From Arcobacter sp. (GTDB taxonomy: Bacteria; Campylobacterota; Campylobacteria; Campylobacterales; Arcobacteraceae): a stretch of 17,621 nucleotides of DNA. This document shows positions 8,163 through 14,933 of this stretch, piece by piece (position 1 is the first letter of the stretch; each line of letters starts with the position of its first letter). The notes below the pieces were generated by a model, which made no database searches, was not told the DNA's origin, and was given only the letters and a program-made list of their open reading frames with translations. The stretch covers positions 1-17,621 of the forward strand of contig CBFIGT010000041.1 of NCBI GenBank assembly GCA_965662175.1, in the 5' to 3' direction. Made by a program: the position numbers and the translations under genes.

Positions 8163-9728
8163 ATGTCTATAAACTGTATTAGAAGATTAATAGAAGATGC
8201 AGCAATTTCTCATCCCAAAAAGAAAGCTATTGTTTTAGATGGAAAAACTATTTCTTATGAAAATTTACTAAAAAAAGTAAATCAAGTTGCTTTTTACTTA
8301 AAAGAGTTAAATCTACCAAAAAATAGTAGAATAGGAATTTACTCAAATAAAGGTATTGAACAAGTTATCGCAATATTAAGTATTTTATCAACTGATTATG
8401 TTTTAGTACCACTTACAAAACTTTTAAAACCAGAACAAGTTGAGTATATAATTAAAGATTGTGATATTAAATGTATTATTACAGATAAACTAAAACTTGA
8501 ATCAATAGAAGAGATTAAATTTGATGGTCATATAATATCATATGAAACCACATCAAAAGAGATAGCATCTTTTGAAGAGATTTTTAAATACTATAATAAA
8601 CCATATTTTTGTGAAATAAATGGTCATGATAATGCTGTTATTACTTACTCATTTGGTATCTCTGGAACTCCAAAAGGTATAGTAATTTCACATAGAAACT
8701 TAATAGATAGTGCTAGAGTTGTATCACAATATTTAGATTTAAATGAAGATGATGTTGTTTCAGGAATTTTGATTTTTAATTTAGATTATGGATTAAATCA
8801 AATATTTTGTACACTTTATAAAAGAGCAACATTAGCTCTTCATAGATTTATCTTAGCTAGCGATTTTTATAACCATGTAATTAATGATAACGTTACAGTT
8901 ATTCAACTTATGCCTATAAATATTACTCAAATGTTTGATGAAGATATACACAGACTTCCAAGTGCTGAATTATTAGCTAATGTTAGAATAATAACTTCAT
9001 CAGGTGGAAATGTAACTCCTAAAATGTTAAGTGATATTCAAGATAAATTTCATAATGCAAAATTCTTCTCAATGCATGGATTAACAGAAGCATTTAGATC
9101 AACTTACTTAGACCCAAGCCAAATAAACATAAGACCTAACTCTATAGGTAAAGCTATTCCTGATGTTGAATTATATGTTATTAATAGTGAGGGAAAAGAG
9201 TGTGCGCCAAGAGAGATTGGTGAATTAATTCACAGAGGTGGATATATTTACAAAGGTTTCTGGAATGCGCCACTTGAAACAAATGAGAGATTTAAATCAA
9301 TTGAAATTTTAAAAGATGTAATAAACCTAGAGGGACAATTAAGAGATGAAGTTGTTGTAAAAACAGGTGATTATGTTTATAAAGATGAAGAGGGATATTT
9401 TTATTTTGTATCACGTCATGATGATATGATTAAAACAAGAGGATTTAGAGTTAGTCCTTTTGAAATAGAATCAGTTGTATTTAATAATATTCCACAAATA
9501 GAACAGTGCGCTGTATTTTCAATAGATAATCAAGATATTGAAGAGGAGATTGTATTAGTTTATAGTGCTAGAAGTGAAATGAGTTCTAAAGAGATTACTT
9601 TTGAGTTAAAAAAACATTTAGCTTCTTATATGATACCATCTAAGATTATTTATAAAAAATCACTTCCTTTAATTCCAAGTGATAAAAATATTGTAAACAA
9701 AGAGGAGTTAAAAAAGGAGTTTAAATAA
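8163..9728 (+). CDS. Stand-alone AMP-binding (ANL superfamily) ligase, similar to the exosortase-A-associated acyl-CoA ligase / amino-acid adenylation type
   Basis: GTPKGIVISHRNL, LDYGLNQ, HGLTEAFRST, SIGKAIP, GELIHRG, KTGD and RHDDMIKTRGFRVSP. AAGGA RBS. Confidence 0.85.
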   Translation: MSINCIRRLIEDAAISHPKKKAIVLDGKTISYENLLKKVNQVAFYLKELNLPKNSRIGIYSNKGIEQVIAILSILSTDYVLVPLTKLLKPEQVEYIIKDCDIKCIITDKLKLESIEEIKFDGHIISYETTSKEIASFEEIFKYYNKPYFCEINGHDNAVITYSFGISGTPKGIVISHRNLIDSARVVSQYLDLNEDDVVSGILIFNLDYGLNQIFCTLYKRATLALHRFILASDFYNHVINDNVTVIQLMPINITQMFDEDIHRLPSAELLANVRIITSSGGNVTPKMLSDIQDKFHNAKFFSMHGLTEAFRSTYLDPSQINIRPNSIGKAIPDVELYVINSEGKECAPREIGELIHRGGYIYKGFWNAPLETNERFKSIEILKDVINLEGQLRDEVVVKTGDYVYKDEEGYFYFVSRHDDMIKTRGFRVSPFEIESVVFNNIPQIEQCAVFSIDNQDIEEEIVLVYSARSEMSSKEITFELKKHLASYMIPSKIIYKKSLPLIPSDKNIVNKEELKKEFK

Positions 9729-9740
9729 ACTCCTTTTTTT
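9710..9740. terminator. Bidirectional intrinsic terminator closing the mutase operon
   Basis: AAAAAAGGAGTTTA (9710-9723) is the exact reverse complement of TAAACTCCTTTTTT (9726-9739), giving U-tracts on both strands between convergent genes. Confidence 0.8.
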
Positions 9741-9747
9741 CTATATA

Positions 9748-11136
9748 CTAAGGAAGTATTTTTTTTCTATATACAAAATATATAAATAATAAAAATACTG
9801 AACTAAAAAAACCTATTGTTAAAAATGAGTCTGTTGGAATAGTTGCAATATAAAATAAGATTTCATTTTGCTCATTTCCCCTTGAACTAATCATAGCATC
9901 TGAAGTGTAAGCTCGGCTATATTGATTTAAACTTATTACTAAATTTATAATTGCAAAAAAACCTATAGCTGTAAGTAAAATATCTGTATAAAAATTATTT
10001 TTAGAGGAAATTTTATTGTAAATACTATTTATATTCTCTTTTACCATATCAATCAACTGCTCTGTATTTGCTAATATATCTTTAAATCTCCATTTATTTA
10101 ATATATTATTAAATACAATAAAATCATTATGGTTTAGATGTTTTAAAGTACTATAATACTCAACAAGATGAATATTTGTAGTACTAGATATATTTTCAAA
10201 ATGTTTCATAGTATCAATAACAGCAGCTTTTTTTAATAAATTTTTTAGACAAAACTTTTTGCTCTCTTTCTTTTGAGATTGATTAATAATTATTCTTAAG
10301 TTATAACGAATAACATCAACAACTGCATAATAATACTGAGCTAAAAACATCATATACCATAGCTTGTCTATATTTTGCACTTTTTCTCTAAATGCATATC
10401 TAATCCAATCCAAAGAGTAAGCACTTTCATCATTTTTTATTTCAATAATTTTATCTTTTGAAACTGCATTATTTAACCAATTATCCAATACATTACTCTT
10501 TTTAGAATCCCCTTTCTCAAAAACCAAAGCACTTGATAACCACATAACTTTTAAGTCAATATCTTCTTTATTATAATCAATAAAATCCAAATAAGAGTTT
10601 TTCTCTTGAATGATATTATTTTCATCTATTTTCTCAATTTTATTTAAAAAAGTAGTTATTTTATCTTTTGAACTATTTAATACTTTATTGACTATTTTTT
10701 TAGCTACTGCTTCACAAGAGTTAGTAAACTCAAGATTATCTTCACTTGAAATATCTTTTAAGTTTAATTTCATATCAACAATACCAATAGTATTATCAAA
10801 AAATTGTAATTCAAATGATTCTACAGAATCTATAAATTTATCTATTAAATCTTTTTGTTTACCATTATAGTTTTTAATTATATTATTGGCAATTTTAGTG
10901 AAAAAAATACCAAAAACTCTTTTTTCATTTTTCTCTAAAGAGTCATATGAACTATCATTATAAAGATTAATATTCTTCTCTAATTGACAAAACTCTAAAC
11001 ACTCAAAATCCTCATATAAACTTGAATTCTTTTTAACATCTTTCCAAAAATTAAAAAAACTACCTGATTTGAAAACAGACTCACTATTATCTAAACTAAA
11101 ATGCACTCTAACAGGTGCAACTGCATATAATTTCAT
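9748..11136 (-). CDS. Hypothetical membrane protein: large soluble N-domain, long helices and two C-terminal TM segments (CorA-like layout)
   Basis: 462-aa ORF with AGGT RBS overlapping the upstream stop. No signal peptide. Hydrophobic ILLTAIGFFAIINLVISL and FLTIGFFSSVFLLFIYFVY followed by RKK. Confidence 0.7.
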   Translation of the reverse strand: MKLYAVAPVRVHFSLDNSESVFKSGSFFNFWKDVKKNSSLYEDFECLEFCQLEKNINLYNDSSYDSLEKNEKRVFGIFFTKIANNIIKNYNGKQKDLIDKFIDSVESFELQFFDNTIGIVDMKLNLKDISSEDNLEFTNSCEAVAKKIVNKVLNSSKDKITTFLNKIEKIDENNIIQEKNSYLDFIDYNKEDIDLKVMWLSSALVFEKGDSKKSNVLDNWLNNAVSKDKIIEIKNDESAYSLDWIRYAFREKVQNIDKLWYMMFLAQYYYAVVDVIRYNLRIIINQSQKKESKKFCLKNLLKKAAVIDTMKHFENISSTTNIHLVEYYSTLKHLNHNDFIVFNNILNKWRFKDILANTEQLIDMVKENINSIYNKISSKNNFYTDILLTAIGFFAIINLVISLNQYSRAYTSDAMISSRGNEQNEILFYIATIPTDSFLTIGFFSSVFLLFIYFVYRKKILP

Positions 11137-11143
11137 CTTTTAC

Positions 11144-12130
11144 CTAGTCAATTTGAATATACATATTTTCTATATATAAAATTTTACCTTTTAAAGGACC
11201 ATTAATAATTCTTACCTTGGTTTTTTTCAACATCTCATCATAAAATTTGATAATTCCAGGTTTTTTAAAATATTCACTCCACTCTAAAACAATAGCTTTA
11301 GTGCCTGTTGGTAACATATATTTTTCTTGAGAATTCAAGGTTTCAGAAGCAACAACAATTGGAAAAGAAGAGTTACTAACTAAGCGTACATAATCAGAAA
11401 TAGTAGGATTTAATAATTCTTGGTTTTTAAATAGTATCTCATCATATTTTCCTGACTTTTTTAAAGAGTCCAAGGCATTATTGAACTTTTCCATAAAAAC
11501 TCTATTTTTAGAATTAACACTTGAGATTAAATGTAAAGTATCTAAGCTAATAAACTCTTTATCTTTTATATACTCAATATTTGTATAAAAATCATTAAAA
11601 TATTTTTTTATAATTGTTATACCAACTAATTTATTAGATGGCAATAAATCAATTTCTCCTCGATTTAAGGAATTAAATGCCCTAAGCTCATTATTAAAAA
11701 ATATCTTATTTTTAAACTTATTAACATCTATATTTTTATATGCATAACCATTTATTAAACCAATTTTAGAGTTATATAAGGAATTTTTATTATAATTATT
11801 AACATTATAAAATAGTACATTTTCAGTTTCTAATAAACTTTTAGAATAATTCATCTCTTTTTCTCTTTCTAAAGTTTTAAAATAAGGAAAAGTAGCATCA
11901 TATTTTTCTTCTTTGGTATATAAATAACCATTTTCAAAAGAGTTTAATTCTAAACTATAATTAATCTTTAACTCTTCCATAATAGCATCAATAATCTCTG
12001 TAGTTATTCCCTTATTAGATAGTTTATTATCAACATAAGGATACCAATTATCTGTAGTTATTTTTAAACTATTTGCATTTAAACCATATATAAATATACA
12101 AATTAATAATAAAACTCTATTTAATCTCAA
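11144..12130 (-). CDS. Family-3-type periplasmic solute-binding protein with C-terminal extension
   Basis: Signal peptide (..LLLICIFIYGLNA), TDNWYPY, GITTEII, PYFKTLERE, IGLINGYAY, LNRGEIDL and FNNALDSLKKSGKYDEI, then about 85 extra residues. Start moved to TTG 12130, 7 nt after GGAG. Confidence 0.82.
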   Translation of the reverse strand: MRLNRVLLLICIFIYGLNANSLKITTDNWYPYVDNKLSNKGITTEIIDAIMEELKINYSLELNSFENGYLYTKEEKYDATFPYFKTLEREKEMNYSKSLLETENVLFYNVNNYNKNSLYNSKIGLINGYAYKNIDVNKFKNKIFFNNELRAFNSLNRGEIDLLPSNKLVGITIIKKYFNDFYTNIEYIKDKEFISLDTLHLISSVNSKNRVFMEKFNNALDSLKKSGKYDEILFKNQELLNPTISDYVRLVSNSSFPIVVASETLNSQEKYMLPTGTKAIVLEWSEYFKKPGIIKFYDEMLKKTKVRIINGPLKGKILYIENMYIQID

Positions 12131-12242
12131 TAAAACACTCCACAATAATAATTTTAATGTTGGAAAAAAATAACATTATATTGGATTTTAACATAAGTCT
12201 ATTAAATGGCAATTAAATAGATTTCAGTATTTATTATTTAAT

Positions 12243-12256
12243 TTGACCTGAATCAA
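12243..12256. promoter_or_regulatory. Putative Crp/Fnr-family binding site
   Basis: TTGAC-CTGA-ATCAA, one mismatch from TTGAT-N4-ATCAA, in the divergent intergenic region. Confidence 0.45.
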
Positions 12257-12418
12257 ACATATTAATCTCATTTTATAATATTATTACCTTATGAAAATAT
12301 AAAATAATGTTACTAGATGTTGCACTTAAGAAAATTATTTTTAAATTAATAAATAAATATTTACTTAAAAGTAAAACTAGAATATAATTTTTATATAAAA
12401 CAAACTTCGGAGATTAAA

Positions 12419-12694
12419 ATGAAAAAAATTGCTTTATTAACAGCTATCTTAGCTACAGTTGCTTTTGCTAATCCTTATGCAAAATGTGTTGCCTGTCATG
12501 GTGCAAATGGAGAAAAAGCTGCATTAGGTAAATCTAAAATAATTAAAGATATGACAAAAGCTGACTTTATAGCTGCTATGAAAGGTTATAAAGATGGTTC
12601 TTATGGTGGTCCTATGAAAGGTCTTATGAAAGGTCAAGTAACATCTTTAAGTGATGCTGATATTGAAGCTATTGCTTCTCAAATAGCTAAATAA
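12419..12694 (+). CDS. Periplasmic monoheme cytochrome c (c553-like)
   Basis: Signal peptide ending AFA, CVACHG heme motif, distal Met region (GPMKGLMKGQ), GGAG RBS, TATAAT at 12383-12388. Confidence 0.93.
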   Translation: MKKIALLTAILATVAFANPYAKCVACHGANGEKAALGKSKIIKDMTKADFIAAMKGYKDGSYGGPMKGLMKGQVTSLSDADIEAIASQIAK

Positions 12695-12700
12695 TTTTAA

Positions 12701-12730
12701 TTTCAAACTAGAAAATTTTCTAGTTTGAAA
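12701..12730. terminator. Perfect 30-bp palindrome, probable terminator hairpin between convergent genes
   Basis: TTTCAAACTAGAAAATTTTCTAGTTTGAAA equals its own reverse complement and overlaps the GGDEF gene stop. Confidence 0.65.
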
Positions 12731-13568
12731 CTTCTAATCTATCCCTACCATTGATTTTTGCTTCATATACTTTGTTATCTGCTAATTTTATAAAATGATC
12801 TATTGAATGAGCTTTATTATAAAATGAAACTCCAATAGAGATTGTTATTGAAATCTCTTTTTCAGGATGAAAAACCCTTTGGGATTTTATACTCTCTTTT
12901 AAAAAGTTCAGTTTTTCAATTAAAAGATTTTTCTCTTCAAAACATAAAATAATAAACTCTTCTCCACCATATCTATAAACTTCGCCATTTAATTGAGTAT
13001 TAACAAAATCTTGAATTTTTGAAGATAAGAATTTTAAAACCTTGTCCCCCGTATCATGACCAAAATTATCATTTATACCTTTAAATCTATCAGCATCAAT
13101 AAAAGCTGCACAAAGTTTATTTGCATGTCTTTGTTTTGTAAATAGTTCTAAATCACTCTCCATTTTTCTTCTATTATATAAAGAGGTCAAAGGGTCTCTG
13201 TTCATCATATCTTTTAATTGTTCTTTCTCTTTTAAAAGTTGTTCAATTAAATTATCTTTATAATTTTCATTTGTTTGAAGATTTTTTTGTTCTAGAATTT
13301 TTCCTAATTTGAACTCAAATTTATTTAATTTAGCATTATAATTTATATCTTTACACTCAATTTTCATATATGGTTTTTCATCGCCTAAACCATTTTTTAA
13401 GATTAAACTATGAACTTTTTTAATGTCATATCTTATTTTGTCATCAACTATTTTAATATCTAAAAGTTCACTTCTCCAATATTTATTAATATCCTTAGTT
13501 AAAACTCTTTGTTTCATATTTAAAATATCATCAAATGTTTCTTTTGGAATAGATATTGTAATAAGCAA
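12720..13568 (-). CDS. Diguanylate cyclase (GGEEF) with N-terminal ASCH/PUA-like domain and coiled-coil linker
   Basis: DPLTSLYNRR, FIDADRFKGINDNFGHDTGD, RYGGEEF, TISIGVS and AKINGRD. TTG start after AAGGG. The N-domain call is less certain than the GGDEF call. Confidence 0.9.
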   Translation of the reverse strand: MLITISIPKETFDDILNMKQRVLTKDINKYWRSELLDIKIVDDKIRYDIKKVHSLILKNGLGDEKPYMKIECKDINYNAKLNKFEFKLGKILEQKNLQTNENYKDNLIEQLLKEKEQLKDMMNRDPLTSLYNRRKMESDLELFTKQRHANKLCAAFIDADRFKGINDNFGHDTGDKVLKFLSSKIQDFVNTQLNGEVYRYGGEEFIILCFEEKNLLIEKLNFLKESIKSQRVFHPEKEISITISIGVSFYNKAHSIDHFIKLADNKVYEAKINGRDRLEVSN

Positions 13569-13642
13569 AGAAAAGCCCTTTTTTTAAATTTTTCATATAA
13601 TATAGTATAAAAATTTATATCTTGATAAATAGAGTTATATGA

Positions 13643-13684
13643 TATAAGATTTTCTTATAGTTAAACTTATTTGATTATAAGAAA
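13643..13684. promoter_or_regulatory. Putative operator: TATAAGA-N3-TCTTATA palindrome plus a third half-site
   Basis: Palindrome at 13643-13659. TATAAGA recurs at 13676-13682, within a candidate TTGATT(13671)-N16-TATCAT(13693) promoter. Confidence 0.4.
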
Positions 13685-13726
13685 GTTTTAACTATCATTG
13701 CAAAAATTTTAATAAGGATTAGTTAT

Positions 13727-14887
13727 ATGAACGCTAGAGAAAAATTCGACCCTATGTGCTTTTTATCAAGTTTAGGTGCTGGTGGTTTATCTGTTTCATT
13801 TTTTATGTATTTGATGTTTTTAGTACCCCATAAAGATAGTCCAATGGCTACTTTTAATCATATTTATCCAGTTTTAATGGAGGGTTCTGTTTTATCTTTA
13901 ATTAGTGCTTTTGCCCTTGTGTTTATTGTTGCTTTTGCATTTTTACACTTTAAACTACTTATTTTTACTACAAAACAGTTTAATATTTATAAAAAAACTG
14001 AAGCATATACTAAATTGCTAAACTCAAACGCTGAGATTTCTCTTATGACTATTCCATTAACATATGCAATGACAATAAATGTTTGTTTTGTTTTAGGTGC
14101 TGTTTTTGTACCGAATTTATGGAGTATTGTTGAATATATGTTTCCATTTGCACTTATAGGTTTTGCTGTTGTTGGATATTTTGCTTTAAAAATATTTTTT
14201 GAATATTTCACTAGATTATTAACAAAAGCTAGTTTTGATTTTACAAAAAACAATAACCTTTCTCAAATGATTTCTATATTTTCCCTATCAATGATTGCTG
14301 TTGGTTTTGCAGCGCCTGGAGCTATGAGTCACACTACTATAGTAAATGCTATTGGAATATTTGGTGCAATATTTTTTGCATCAATTGCTTTATTGTTATT
14401 ATTAATCAAACTTACAATCGGTTTTGTAAATATGTTTGAAAATGGTATTGGTCTTGAAGCTTCGCCATCACTTTGGATTATGATTCCAATTCTTACACTT
14501 TTAGGAATAACATTTATTAGAATCTCTTTTGGTCTTGACCATAATTTTCATACACCACTTGCAAAATCATCACTATTTACATTTACATCTTTTGTTGTTG
14601 CACTTCAAATTATATTTGGTATTTTAGGTTATAAAGTTATGAAACAAAATAGATATTTTGAAGAGTATGTAAATGGGGATAAAAAATCTTCAGTTTCATT
14701 TGCCTTAATTTGTCCAGGTGTTGCTTTTATGGTATTTGGAATGTTCTTTATTAACTTTGGACTAACATATAATGGGGTAATTGAAAAATACTCAATTGCT
14801 TATATTATATTAATGTTACCATTTGTTTTTGTTCAATATAAAACAGTACTTTATTTTTTCAAATTAAAATCTAAATTCTCTCTTTAA
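13727..14887 (+). CDS. Polytopic inner-membrane protein (about 10 TM), TsoY-like family, Cys form
   Basis: Alternating hydrophobic segments. FLSSLGAGGLSVSFFMYLMF and FALICPGVA resemble the TsoY (seleno)protein family as I recall it (unverified). AAGGA RBS. Confidence 0.6.
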   Translation: MNAREKFDPMCFLSSLGAGGLSVSFFMYLMFLVPHKDSPMATFNHIYPVLMEGSVLSLISAFALVFIVAFAFLHFKLLIFTTKQFNIYKKTEAYTKLLNSNAEISLMTIPLTYAMTINVCFVLGAVFVPNLWSIVEYMFPFALIGFAVVGYFALKIFFEYFTRLLTKASFDFTKNNNLSQMISIFSLSMIAVGFAAPGAMSHTTIVNAIGIFGAIFFASIALLLLLIKLTIGFVNMFENGIGLEASPSLWIMIPILTLLGITFIRISFGLDHNFHTPLAKSSLFTFTSFVVALQIIFGILGYKVMKQNRYFEEYVNGDKKSSVSFALICPGVAFMVFGMFFINFGLTYNGVIEKYSIAYIILMLPFVFVQYKTVLYFFKLKSKFSL

Positions 14888-14895
14888 TCTCATTA

Positions 14896-14933
14896 TGATA
14901 AAATCCTAGAATATAAATTCTAAGGTTTTATCA
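14896..14933 (+). promoter_or_regulatory. 17-bp imperfect hairpin containing an extended -10 and the downstream RBS
   Basis: TGATAAAATCCTAGAAT (14896-14912) pairs with ATTCTAAGGTTTTATCA (14917-14933) with one G-U pair and one mismatch. Confidence 0.5.

Noticed and set aside
10610..10870. 86-aa plus-strand ORF
   Set aside because: Antisense to the 462-aa gene with no independent support.
9748..11136. Canonical CorA Mg2+ channel or CRISPR-associated CorA effector
   Set aside because: No GMN motif, and no cas genes or repeats in the window; only the topology is similar.
13987..14253. 88-aa minus-strand ORF
   Set aside because: Antisense to the membrane-protein gene.
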